A stretch of 64,000 nucleotides of DNA from Patescibacteria group bacterium. Its GTDB lineage: Bacteria; Patescibacteriota; Minisyncoccia; UBA6257; 2-01-FULL-56-20. The stretch spans positions 128,172 through 192,171 of the forward strand of contig JANLHI010000032.1 in the NCBI GenBank assembly GCA_024654525.1. The letters are read 5' to 3'. Made by a program: the position numbers and the translations under genes. The notes under the pieces were generated by a model. That model worked only from the letters and a program-made list of their open reading frames with translations. It was not told the DNA's origin and searched no databases. This document shows positions 37,869 through 48,656 of the stretch, in pieces; positions within the stretch are counted from its first letter, which is position 1; the number at the start of each line of letters is the position of its first letter.

Positions 37869-38915
37869 ATGTTTGAACAGATTATTGCAGTCGAAAACTT
37901 GCTCGCGGCGTGGAAAGAATTTTTGCGCGGCAAACGGACGAAACCCGATATGCAGGAATTCTCCTTGATGCTAATGGACAATATCCTAGCTCTTCACGAG
38001 AAACTACGCAACGGCACCTATCGCCACGGGGAGTACAAACATTTCCGCATTACCGACCCTAAGCCACGTGACATTCACAAAGCCACCGTCCGGGACCGGT
38101 TGCTCCACCACGCTATCCATAGGGTGCTCTATCCCTTTTTCGACCGCACATTCATCGCCGACTCGTTCTCATGCAGGAATGGAAAAGGGACGCATCGCGC
38201 GATGAACCGTTTCCGCATGTTTGCCTATCAAGCGAGCAGGAATCACACTCGCACGTGCTGGGTGCTGAAGTGCGATATCCGCAAATTCTTCGCTTCAGTT
38301 GACCACCATATGCTCATGGAAATTCTCCGTTCCCGGATAACAGATAAAAAGACTCTTTGGTTACTCGGGGACATTGTGGGAAGTTTTTCAAACACAAAAA
38401 TCCCTCGGTTCGCGAACTCGCCACTCCCTTCCCTCTTTCGTTCGCAAGCTTCGGTGGGCTCAGTACGAACGGGAGAACCAGGAGGAATAGGGCTTCCGCT
38501 CGGAAACCTCACGTCCCAGCTTCTCGTGAATGTTTACATGAATGAGTTTGACCAGTTTGTGAAACATCGCTTGCGAGTAAAGTATTACGTCCGTTATGCG
38601 GACGATTTTATAATTATGTCCCAAAATAAGATGTGGCTCGAAACTATCTTGCCAGAAATGGAATCTTTTCTTTGGGGTTGGCTGAAACTTCGCCTGCATC
38701 CCGGCAAGGTGTCCGTTTCCACGATCGCCTCGGGCGTGGATTTCCTCGGCTGGGTGCATTTCCCAAGCCATCGCGTGCTACGAACGGCGACGAAAAAGAG
38801 AATGATGAAAAGAATCTTTGCGCATCCCACGAGCGAAACCTTCGAATCTTATAAAAGCCTTTTATCTCATGGCAACGCATTCGGATTGGAGAAAAAATTT
38901 ATATCAAGCTCTTGA
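37869..38915 (+). CDS. DGR reverse transcriptase
   Basis: ITDPKPRDI, RDRLLHHA, SCRNGKGTH, LKCDIRKFF, GLPLGNLTSQ, YVRYADD, VDFLG; ORF is open upstream to TTG 37833. Confidence 0.96.
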   Translation: MFEQIIAVENLLAAWKEFLRGKRTKPDMQEFSLMLMDNILALHEKLRNGTYRHGEYKHFRITDPKPRDIHKATVRDRLLHHAIHRVLYPFFDRTFIADSFSCRNGKGTHRAMNRFRMFAYQASRNHTRTCWVLKCDIRKFFASVDHHMLMEILRSRITDKKTLWLLGDIVGSFSNTKIPRFANSPLPSLFRSQASVGSVRTGEPGGIGLPLGNLTSQLLVNVYMNEFDQFVKHRLRVKYYVRYADDFIIMSQNKMWLETILPEMESFLWGWLKLRLHPGKVSVSTIASGVDFLGWVHFPSHRVLRTATKKRMMKRIFAHPTSETFESYKSLLSHGNAFGLEKKFISSS

Positions 38916-38973
38916 CAGCCCTTCGCGCGGGGCTATAATACTTCCATTAGCACTCTTTAGTCGGGAGTGCCAG
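38912..38973 (+). promoter_or_regulatory. Consensus sigma70 promoter and CIRCE (HrcA operator) of groESL
   Basis: TTGACA (38912) -16- TATAAT (38934); TTAGCACTC-N9-GAGTGCCAG at 38947-38973. Confidence 0.9.
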
Positions 38974-38992
38974 ATTAACTTAATATAAGTTT

Positions 38993-39283
38993 ATGCAATT
39001 TAAACCATTGTCTCACCACGTATTCCTTGAGCCTCTTGAGGAAGAAAAGGTGACGAAGTCTGGTATTGTGCTTCCGGAGACGGCTGAGAAAGAAAAGCCG
39101 ATGAGGGGGAAGGTGCTTGCGACGGGTCCGGGTAAGTTGAACGAAAAAGGTGAGCGTGTGCCAATGTCGGTCAAGGTCGGCGACACTGTCCTCTTTAAAA
39201 AATATGGTCCTGACGAGATAGAGATAGAAGGAAAAAAATATTTAGTAGGGGATGAGGATGATATCTTGGCAATTATAGAATAA
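38993..39283 (+). CDS. groES: Co-chaperonin GroES
   Basis: KPL, TKSGIVLP.TAEKEKP, VKVGD.VLF.KY. Confidence 0.97.
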   Translation: MQFKPLSHHVFLEPLEEEKVTKSGIVLPETAEKEKPMRGKVLATGPGKLNEKGERVPMSVKVGDTVLFKKYGPDEIEIEGKKYLVGDEDDILAIIE

Positions 39284-39321
39284 CTGAAGTAATCGTTAAT
39301 AACGCGAATTGAGGCAAATAA

Positions 39322-41067
<1,746 letters not shown>

Positions 41068-41118
41068 AGCCGAGTAAGTTAGCCCGCCTCCGTTGAAACT
41101 ACGGCGAGACGGAAGTAG

Positions 41119-41150
41119 GCAATGCCCCGCAGTGCGGGGCATTGCGATTT
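41119..41150 (+). terminator. Terminator hairpin after groEL
   Basis: GCAATGCCCCGC-agt-GCGGGGCATTGC, perfect 12-bp stem. Confidence 0.8.
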
Positions 41151-41166
41151 GTGGTAGGGTAAATGT

Positions 41167-41802
41167 ATGAAAATTTCAAAGATATATATCATTGTGGTGG
41201 CATTCATTCTTATTGTGGGGTATGGGGTGTATCGGAATTCTTTGGAATCTAAGAAGTATCATAACGAAATTTCCATCAAACAGGATCAAATTGATAAGGA
41301 GGTGGGGGAGTGGAGTGTATATCGCAACGACGAATATGGATTTGAGTTTAAGTACCCTGCGCGGTTCACTGTGGCGCCCGAGTCCGCTCCGTGGAGTACT
41401 TACAATGCGAATTTCACCCTAGTTGCATTTGAGTCAATTGATCCCGAAATTTCGTTTCCGAACGAGTTGTTTATTGTGAGTAGATTTCCTATCCCTTCAG
41501 GGAAGTCATTCAGAGATGTTTTCTTTGACAATACATTTTTTGATCCAAGTGGATTGCGTCCTGTTTCGCTTTCGGAGTTTACGAAAAAAACCATCAACGG
41601 ACGTGAATTTTATGCTATTCGTACTTCACGGTTTGAGGGAACGCTGGCGTTCGCGTATTACCTCGTAGAGCCATCATTTGTGTATCGTTTTGATGCGCTT
41701 GAGCAGGGGGTGGATTGGATGAACCCGGATTTAGATGAGGAGAATAATGTGACGCATACGACATTGAGAAAAGTTTTGAATACTCTTTCTTTGATTCAAT
41801 AA
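41167..41802 (+). CDS. Membrane-anchored PsbP-like hypothetical protein
   Basis: N-terminal TM, WSVYRNDEYGFEFKYP motif. Confidence 0.7.
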   Translation: MKISKIYIIVVAFILIVGYGVYRNSLESKKYHNEISIKQDQIDKEVGEWSVYRNDEYGFEFKYPARFTVAPESAPWSTYNANFTLVAFESIDPEISFPNELFIVSRFPIPSGKSFRDVFFDNTFFDPSGLRPVSLSEFTKKTINGREFYAIRTSRFEGTLAFAYYLVEPSFVYRFDALEQGVDWMNPDLDEENNVTHTTLRKVLNTLSLIQ

Positions 41803-41843
41803 AAACCTTTTTCTTTCCCCTTGTTTCTGCTATTCTCTAGGGA

Positions 41844-43541
41844 ATGAATTTCCAAGAAAACCTTGACGCATACACGCCGGATTTTACTCCATATGACTGG
41901 ACTCCGGAGGATAGGGATCTTTTAGCTCCTTTCGTTACCAATCTCGACGGACTTGTAACGGTGTTGCGCAATTTACCTCCTGAAATTGCGGGAGCGCTTT
42001 GTTCACGAGCAAGCCGTGCGACAAAATCGCTCGTGGAGGTGCTTCTGAAAGAATATCTCCATCCCATTTTGCAAGGTGAAGACAAAAAGCTTGCCGAGGA
42101 ATTGAAGGAAACCATCTCGTTTCTTCGCAATCATGGGTTTAAGAATATTTTGAACAATCAGCGGGCGCAGGCGTTTTATGCAAAATGGCTTTCTCAATAT
42201 GGAGATGATTCAATCGCCCAGCTTACCGGTACGCATGTGGTGTTGTGGGGCATCTCACAAGTTGCGTTGAAATTTGTGGAGGACCAGCGCATAGGAATTG
42301 AACCGCTTGAAAAGTCCACGCGTTATGTGAGTTACGGGAATAAAGTGGGAGGGCGATATTTATATTACATTCCGAAGCCCGATCTTGAACGGCTGGGGAT
42401 GATGAAAGAGTATGCGGAGACGCTCGATAATCTTTTTGATACGTACGGACGTCTTCTTCCCGAGTTGATTGTGTGGCTCAGGGAAAATTATGAAGAGAAA
42501 GAATCGATCCTTGAAAAAAAGGCATTCGACACGCTTCGCGGATTGCTCCCTATGGCGACATTGTCGCAAGTGGCATTTCGGGGGAATGCACAGGCATTGG
42601 AGTATCTTATCAGTCGTATGGCGCGGTATCCTCTGGGAGAATTTCGGTGGCTTTCCTCCGCGCTCAAAACAGAACTCGATAAAGAAATTCCTTCGCTCCT
42701 CTTGCGGCTTGGTGATGAGAGGTCACAGGAATACCAGCATTATTTGAGCGAGCGTTACGGTGCGGTAAGGAGTTTTGTAAAAAAAGAATTGCACGAAACA
42801 TACAAAGATGCGTTTTTCCGTGCAGGAACAAAACCGGAGGTACAACTTGTCGAATATGACCCGGATGCGGAAATAAAAATCCTCGCCGGCATCCTTTTCA
42901 AAGAAGCGCATGGCGGGTGGGATGAGGCGTTGCAAGTGGTAAAAAGCATGAATCAAGAAGCCAAGCGCGAGTTATTCAAGCGATATCTCTTGAACCGGAC
43001 TGCGCGTTGGTGGAAAACGGGAAGAGCATTTGAGAATTCTTATCTTCGCTTTGAGATTGTTATGGATGCGGGTGCATATAGGGATCTTCAGCGTCATCGC
43101 ATGCTTACACAAGAGCGTCAACGTTTTTCCGCGCATCATGGGTATAATGTACCGAAGGAGCTGATAGAGTCAGGGCTTGCGCCACGATTTGAAAAGGCGC
43201 TTGTGAAGGCGGGGGAGTTGTTTGCGACGCTTGAGGCGCATGATGCGGAGCTTGCGCAATATGTGGTGCCGATGGCGTACCGTATGCGTTTTTATCAGTG
43301 GCAGAATTTCCGTTCTTTTTTTTGGGAGACGGAGTTGCGTACCATTTCACAAGGACATCCGGATTATCGTTATATTGAACATGAGAAATATCGCCTCGTA
43401 AAAGAAAAATTTCCGCTTCTTGCGGAATTTATGCTGGTGGATACGAACGCCTATTCAATTGCCCGTCGTGGTACTGAAGAGAGGATTGCGAAAAAAGAGA
43501 AAGAGATAATCGAAAAACTGGGAAAGAGGAGCGCTCAGTAA
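41844..43541 (+). CDS. thyX: FAD-dependent thymidylate synthase, tandem-domain form
   Basis: YGDDSIAQL, LEKSTRY, FDTLRGLLP, YRDLQRHR, ELRTISQGHPDYR. Confidence 0.88.
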   Translation: MNFQENLDAYTPDFTPYDWTPEDRDLLAPFVTNLDGLVTVLRNLPPEIAGALCSRASRATKSLVEVLLKEYLHPILQGEDKKLAEELKETISFLRNHGFKNILNNQRAQAFYAKWLSQYGDDSIAQLTGTHVVLWGISQVALKFVEDQRIGIEPLEKSTRYVSYGNKVGGRYLYYIPKPDLERLGMMKEYAETLDNLFDTYGRLLPELIVWLRENYEEKESILEKKAFDTLRGLLPMATLSQVAFRGNAQALEYLISRMARYPLGEFRWLSSALKTELDKEIPSLLLRLGDERSQEYQHYLSERYGAVRSFVKKELHETYKDAFFRAGTKPEVQLVEYDPDAEIKILAGILFKEAHGGWDEALQVVKSMNQEAKRELFKRYLLNRTARWWKTGRAFENSYLRFEIVMDAGAYRDLQRHRMLTQERQRFSAHHGYNVPKELIESGLAPRFEKALVKAGELFATLEAHDAELAQYVVPMAYRMRFYQWQNFRSFFWETELRTISQGHPDYRYIEHEKYRLVKEKFPLLAEFMLVDTNAYSIARRGTEERIAKKEKEIIEKLGKRSAQ

Positions 43542-43564
43542 ATTGGGTATGGTACGGTAAAGTC

Positions 43565-43702
43565 ATGAAACAAAACGACATGCCTAATTTGTCGGTGGGA
43601 ATCATAACCGTGCTTGCGGTGTGGTGGATTACTTATACCGCGATAACCACGCCGGGAGTTCCATCTCAAAACAGGACGGATACCGCGGGATGGAATACGT
43701 AA
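43565..43702 (+). CDS. Small single-TM protein, 45 aa (not in the ORF track)
   Basis: MKQNDMPNLSVGIITVLAVWWITYTAITTPGVPSQNRTDTAGWNT*; fills the gap before the next gene. Confidence 0.4.
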   Translation: MKQNDMPNLSVGIITVLAVWWITYTAITTPGVPSQNRTDTAGWNT

Positions 43703-43711
43703 TATCGCTCA

Positions 43712-44179
43712 ATGGCATCAATCCAAAAGTTCGAAGACCTTATTTGTTGGCAAAAAGCGCGATTGCTTGCAAACTTCGTGTTTGATATCACTGATGAACC
43801 GAAGTTTAGAGACGTAGATTTAAAACGCCAAATCCGGCGCGCGGCGGTTTCCCCGATGTCAAACATTGCCGAGGGATTCTGCCGTGGCACGCAGGCGGAA
43901 TTTGTGGACGCGTTCTTTATTGCAAAAGGAGAGGTGGGAGAAGTGCAAAGTCAGTTGTATTTGGCATATGACAGGCAATATATTGATATATCGAAATTTC
44001 GAGAGGGATTACAACTTGCCGATGAATGCGCGCGACTCGTCCATAGTTTTTCAGAAAAAGTGAAAGGTGGTGCGCGTCGTGGATTGCAGTTTAAACATGT
44101 ATCAAAACCTGACGATTCGAAAGATTTGATTAAACAGTATGCTCCGGAAGCGTATAAACGGATGTACGGCGAAGGGTGA
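43712..44179 (+). CDS. Four-helix-bundle protein (23S rRNA intervening-sequence protein family)
   Basis: FEDLICWQKA, QIRRAAVS.MSNIAEG, IAKGE.GEVQSQL. Confidence 0.92.
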   Translation: MASIQKFEDLICWQKARLLANFVFDITDEPKFRDVDLKRQIRRAAVSPMSNIAEGFCRGTQAEFVDAFFIAKGEVGEVQSQLYLAYDRQYIDISKFREGLQLADECARLVHSFSEKVKGGARRGLQFKHVSKPDDSKDLIKQYAPEAYKRMYGEG

Positions 44180-44236
44180 TACGCAAAAATTTGGACATAT
44201 CAATATGTCCAAACAGTACTATATCGAAATTTTACT

Positions 44237-45127
44237 CTACCATCCTCCGCTTGAGCCACCGCCACCCGAACTTCCTCCGCCGAATCCTCCAAATCCACCG
44301 CCACCTCGTCCTCCGCCAATCCACCATGGCGGGAGATGGTGTGTACTCATACTTTGCGCATATTTATGAGAAACTACGTAGTCAAAAAGAAGTCCGAGGG
44401 GAATGAATGCGGCGATGGCGATAATCCCGAAGTAAAGAAATCCATAGATGAGTCCAAATACTACGCCGACCGCACCTCCGAGTATGCCCCCGAGCCACCA
44501 TGATTTCGAGCGTCCGAGGATGCTTGCTAACCACATGGGGACAAAGAAAATTATCCAAAACCAATCTACCGAGGATTTTTTGGTGTTGCGTGACTGTTGC
44601 GCAGAAGGGATTATTTCTCCGCGTGTTGCGTCGATTATTTTTCCTATCGCGCTATTTATTCCTCCCGCATAATCTCCCTGTTTAAACGCAGGGGTAAGAA
44701 TATTTTGAAGTATCCAATAACTTTGTGCATCGGTGAGCGCTCCCTCAAGTCCATATCCCACTTCGATTCTGAATTTTCTGTCATCGCGTGCGATAAGGAG
44801 AAGTATTCCATTGTCTGCATCTTTGTTGCCAACCCCCCAATTTTTGAAAAGTTTTTCTGCAAAATTTTCTATGGTGTCGCCGTTGAGTGTGGGGATAGTA
44901 GCCACGGAAATTTCATGTCCCGTTTCTTGCGCGAATGAGGAAAGTTTTACTTCGAGCGCCGAGCGTGTGCCGGCATCAAGCATTTCCGCAAAATCATTCA
45001 CAAACCCCACGGGATTTCCGGGATTTACGTAGGCGTGCGCGAAAGGGGTAACCGTCAGCGAGTAGCCGGTAGCAAGTAGAAGAAATAGAAAAATTGCTGT
45101 TTTATACATGAATTCCAAAAATAACAT
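44237..45127 (-). CDS. TPM domain protein (YgcG-like)
   Basis: GFVNDFA, WGVG..DADNGIL, IEVGYGLEG, Gly-rich tail GGGSSGGW. Confidence 0.92.
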   Translation of the reverse strand: MLFLEFMYKTAIFLFLLLATGYSLTVTPFAHAYVNPGNPVGFVNDFAEMLDAGTRSALEVKLSSFAQETGHEISVATIPTLNGDTIENFAEKLFKNWGVGNKDADNGILLLIARDDRKFRIEVGYGLEGALTDAQSYWILQNILTPAFKQGDYAGGINSAIGKIIDATRGEIIPSAQQSRNTKKSSVDWFWIIFFVPMWLASILGRSKSWWLGGILGGAVGVVFGLIYGFLYFGIIAIAAFIPLGLLFDYVVSHKYAQSMSTHHLPPWWIGGGRGGGGFGGFGGGSSGGGGSSGGW

Positions 45128-45175
45128 CGCAGTATATTGCGTGTTTACTTTCCGCTCTATACTGCGCGCTAGTCG

Positions 45176-45730
45176 CTAGAACTGTACTGCCGGTGCATTC
45201 TCGGTACCCGCAGCAGCTTCAAAGTACGTGCGTTCGGGGAATCCCGCTATTCCGGCAATGATATTTGAAGGGAATCGTTTTACGGTTACATTAAGAATTC
45301 GCACGGCATCGTTGAAGCGCCCGCGTTCCGTACTGACACGATTTTCGGTACCTTCAAGTTGTGCCATAAGAGTTTGGACGTTGTCCGAAGATTTGAGCTG
45401 GGGATAATTTTCCACGATAGCAAGAAGTCTACCCAGTGCGCTTTCCACTTGTCCCGCGGCTTGAGCCTTTGCATCAATAGTGGTTGCTCCCGAATAACGC
45501 GTACGTGCATCGGCGAGTGCCGTGAAAATCGTTTGCTCTTGTTGCATTACTCCTTTTACCGATTCAACGAGATTCGGAATCAGATCAAACCTTCGTTGAT
45601 ATTGTGTTTCGACTTGCGCCCATTGTCCGTCAATCGCCTCGTTTTTCCCGATGAGCGAGTTATACGTGCCGACTCCATAAAGTATGACGATAACCACGAC
45701 TCCTATCACCACCCACCATATTTTTTTCAT
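45176..45730 (-). CDS. lemA: LemA family protein
   Basis: YQRRFDLIPNLV, ENYPQLKS, LEGTENR. Confidence 0.95.
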   Translation of the reverse strand: MKKIWWVVIGVVVIVILYGVGTYNSLIGKNEAIDGQWAQVETQYQRRFDLIPNLVESVKGVMQQEQTIFTALADARTRYSGATTIDAKAQAAGQVESALGRLLAIVENYPQLKSSDNVQTLMAQLEGTENRVSTERGRFNDAVRILNVTVKRFPSNIIAGIAGFPERTYFEAAAGTENAPAVQF

Positions 45731-45850
45731 AGTTAATTAGTATATGAATTAGATACTGCGACTTCCTCATAGTATACCAGATATATACGAGGGTATAAAG
45801 AGGATATAAATGTCTTGCGATGCGGGAGGATATATCGTATTATGGGGGCA

Positions 45851-46720
45851 ATGCGTTTTTGGGAGACCATAAAAAACAGCGTATATTCGCCGGAATTCTA
45901 CCGCACACTACGCGGGAAGAATCTTTCTTTTTCGCTTAAATACTTTTTTTCTTTTGCCGCAGTGGTGGCGGTGGTCACTGCGTCAGTTGTTTCTTTTCGA
46001 ATTATTCCCCAAGCTCAGTTTGCATTTACGGTACTCGGAACGAAAGTAACGAGTTATTTTCCCGAAGAATTGGAAATTGTGATTGCCGAAGGAGAGGCGT
46101 CGGTCAATGTTGCGGAACCGTATCTTGTGAAAACTCCGGATGATTTTTTGCAGAGCACTTCAACCGCGAAATATGAAAATCTTTTTGTAGCGGACACGGT
46201 TTCGCCGCTCTCGGTTGATGTATTCCGTTCTTATAGCACGCTCGTATTGCTCACTAAACACGATTTTATGGTTTCCGGAAATCATGGAGAAGTGCGTGTG
46301 TATCCGCTTGAGGGAATTCCGGATATGAAAATTAACAAGAAATCGGTAACTAATTTTGTGGGAGATTTTATGCCCTTGCTTAAATTCTTGGGGCCGATTA
46401 TCGCGATTTTATCTTTCCTTTTCTTTATGGGATATGCAAGTGTGCAGCTGATATATCTTTTCTTCGGTGCATTGCTGGTGTGGGCATTGCTTTGGCTTAA
46501 GGGAATAAAAGTGGGGTATAGAGAAGCGTATCGCACAGGGATACATGCAATGACCCTCGGTGTTCTTGTGTATTCTCTATCGTTTATCATCCCGATGCAT
46601 ATTGCCGTTCCATTCCTTTTTACGATTCTCATGCTGATAGTGGTTGCGGTAAATTGCAAGAAAGAGGAAGGGGAGCATACGGAACTTTCTGAGATGCCGC
46701 CTGTTTCTTCGGCATCATAA
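45851..46720 (+). CDS. DUF1189-like membrane protein
   Basis: SVYSPEFY, SLKYFF, one N-terminal TM and several C-terminal TMs. Confidence 0.65.
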   Translation: MRFWETIKNSVYSPEFYRTLRGKNLSFSLKYFFSFAAVVAVVTASVVSFRIIPQAQFAFTVLGTKVTSYFPEELEIVIAEGEASVNVAEPYLVKTPDDFLQSTSTAKYENLFVADTVSPLSVDVFRSYSTLVLLTKHDFMVSGNHGEVRVYPLEGIPDMKINKKSVTNFVGDFMPLLKFLGPIIAILSFLFFMGYASVQLIYLFFGALLVWALLWLKGIKVGYREAYRTGIHAMTLGVLVYSLSFIIPMHIAVPFLFTILMLIVVAVNCKKEEGEHTELSEMPPVSSAS

Positions 46721-46723
46721 TAT

Positions 46724-47413
46724 ATGAAACATACATTTGGGGAAATTATCGTACTCTCGCTTGGTGGTTCGGTAATATGTCCCGATGATATCAACTCCCG
46801 TTTTATACGGGAGTTTAAATATCTTGTGGAACGATTTGTAAAAAAGGGGATTAAGTTTGTAATTACTCCGGGCGGCGGGGGGGTGTGTCGTGTATATCAA
46901 AAAGCAGCGGGAGAGGTTACGCGAGTTACCGATGATGATAAGGATTGGATTGGGATTCACGCCACGCGATTAAATGCGGCACTTATCCGTACGACATTTC
47001 GGAAGATTGCGAATCCCGTGGTACTCGACTCGCGCGGGAAGATAAAAAAACTTACGTATCCGGTCACGGTTGCGGCGGGATGGCGTCCGGGGTGGTCAAC
47101 CGATTATGTTGCGGCGGCGCTTGCACATGATTTCAGGGCAAAAGAAATGGTGAATATCGGAAAGCCGGCGTTCGTGTATGATAAAAATCCCGATACTCAT
47201 AAAAACGCAAAGCCGATTTATGAAATGACATGGAAGGAGTATCGAACAAAAGCGCCAAAGAAGTGGTCTCCGGGGCTTCATGCTCCCGTAGATCCTGTTG
47301 CCGCGAAATTATGTGAGAAGAGCGCGATCGCAATGTTTGTGGTGGGACCCGATCTCAAAAATCTTTCTTGCTTGCTTGAAGGAAAAGAATTTGAGGGTAC
47401 ATATATTCAGTAG
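46724..47413 (+). CDS. pyrH: UMP kinase, archaeal type
   Basis: LSLGGS, GGG..CRVYQ, DWIGIHATRLNA, PGWSTD, P.DPVA. Confidence 0.9.
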   Translation: MKHTFGEIIVLSLGGSVICPDDINSRFIREFKYLVERFVKKGIKFVITPGGGGVCRVYQKAAGEVTRVTDDDKDWIGIHATRLNAALIRTTFRKIANPVVLDSRGKIKKLTYPVTVAAGWRPGWSTDYVAAALAHDFRAKEMVNIGKPAFVYDKNPDTHKNAKPIYEMTWKEYRTKAPKKWSPGLHAPVDPVAAKLCEKSAIAMFVVGPDLKNLSCLLEGKEFEGTYIQ

Positions 47414-47438
47414 GCGGGGATTTTGGTAAAGTAAAAGT

Positions 47439-48098
47439 ATGATAAAGCGTGCTCGCGAGCATGATGGTGTATCGCGACCTATGGAGAGGGTCGTGGGGCG
47501 TGTTTTTGGAGAGGGAACCGCAAAGCTGGATTATCTTTCTCAACCAACACGGATCGATCGTGTGTTTGAGATAACACTTCTTAAATTAGTGCCACGTCGA
47601 GTAAGTCCGAATCAAATTACCGTATTTCGTTTTGTGGTTACCCCTCTAATCATTATTCTCCTTCTTTCAAAGGCGTATGTGTTAGGGACAATTCTTTTTT
47701 TTCTTGCAGCGTTTTCTGATGCGGTGGATGGTGCGCTTGCCCGAACCACTGATCGTGTAACTCCTTGGGGAATTGTGTTTGATCCTGTGGCGGACAAATT
47801 GCTTATTGGGAGTGTGGCGCTTGTCCTTGTTGTTACAGAAATAGGTGCGGGGCTTGCATGGGCGATGATTGGTATAGAAGCGGCGCTTATCGCGTCGGTA
47901 TATATTCGTTATGGCGGTGCGGTGGTTCCCGCACGCGCTATGGGGAAGATAAAGATGATACTCCAGTGCACGGGGTTAGGGATGCTTTTATTTTATGTAA
48001 ATCTCGGTATTCCTGTGCTTCTTATAATTGCTTCGTGGATTCTTTACGCTTCGCTTGTGTTCGCATTACTTTCGCTTTTTGCATACCGATCAGTGTGA
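47439..48098 (+). CDS. CDP-alcohol phosphatidyltransferase (PgsA-like)
   Basis: [15 protein letters not shown]....T.WG...DPVADK. Confidence 0.9.
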   Translation: MIKRAREHDGVSRPMERVVGRVFGEGTAKLDYLSQPTRIDRVFEITLLKLVPRRVSPNQITVFRFVVTPLIIILLLSKAYVLGTILFFLAAFSDAVDGALARTTDRVTPWGIVFDPVADKLLIGSVALVLVVTEIGAGLAWAMIGIEAALIASVYIRYGGAVVPARAMGKIKMILQCTGLGMLLFYVNLGIPVLLIIASWILYASLVFALLSLFAYRSV

Positions 48099-48201
48099 TT
48101 GTTTTTCGCGGTGCGGTTGAAACAAGAGGAGTTCGAGAGTACAATCATCGCGGATTGGTAGGGAGCAGGTGGCATATAAAAAGCAGAGGATAAACAATAA
48201 T

Positions 48202-48288
48202 GGAGAGGTGCGTGAGTGGTTGAAACGGCAGTCCTGGAAAGACTGTGTACTGGAAACGGTATCGAGGGTTCGAATCCCTCCCTCTCCG
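48202..48288 (+). tRNA. tRNA-Ser(GGA)
   Basis: Acceptor GGAGAGG/CCTCTCC, anticodon arm CAGTC-CTGGAAA-GACTG, long variable arm, GGTTCGAATCC; CCA not fully encoded. Confidence 0.95.
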
Positions 48289-48368
48289 CCTTCGCCTCGC
48301 TGAAGCTCGGCTTCGGCGGACGCAGTCCGCAATAAGACGAGCGAAAGCGGGAAGTAATTTATTTTTTT

Positions 48369-48617
48369 ATGTACTACGTATATACATTAAAATGTGTTGA
48401 TAAACATTTGTATACAGGTTGTACAGAAAATATAGAAGAACGATTTAATCGCCATAATTCTGGCCATGTTCCAGCTACAGCCGGAAGACTGCCGGTAGAA
48501 TTAATTACGTACACAGTATTCAAAAATAAATATAAAGCATTTGAATTTGAAAAGTATCTGAAGTCAGGATCAGGTCGAGCTTTTATGAATAAACATTTAA
48601 TCGATGACAATATCTAA
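48369..48617 (+). CDS. GIY-YIG nuclease family protein
   Basis: [29 protein letters not shown]. Confidence 0.92.
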   Translation: MYYVYTLKCVDKHLYTGCTENIEERFNRHNSGHVPATAGRLPVELITYTVFKNKYKAFEFEKYLKSGSGRAFMNKHLIDDNI

Positions 48618-48656
48618 TAAAATGTAAGAACCCTGAAGGGATTTGAACTATCTACA

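Larger units (their letters stand above)
36294..38915. mobile_element. Diversity-generating retroelement: target/VR - TR - avd (inverted) - RT
   Basis: All four components present; adenine-specific TR/VR divergence. Confidence 0.95.

Noticed and set aside
37833-38915. RT as a group II intron, retron or Abi RT
   Set aside because: No maturase/endonuclease domain or intron structure; the SQ motif, Avd and the TR/VR pair identify a DGR.
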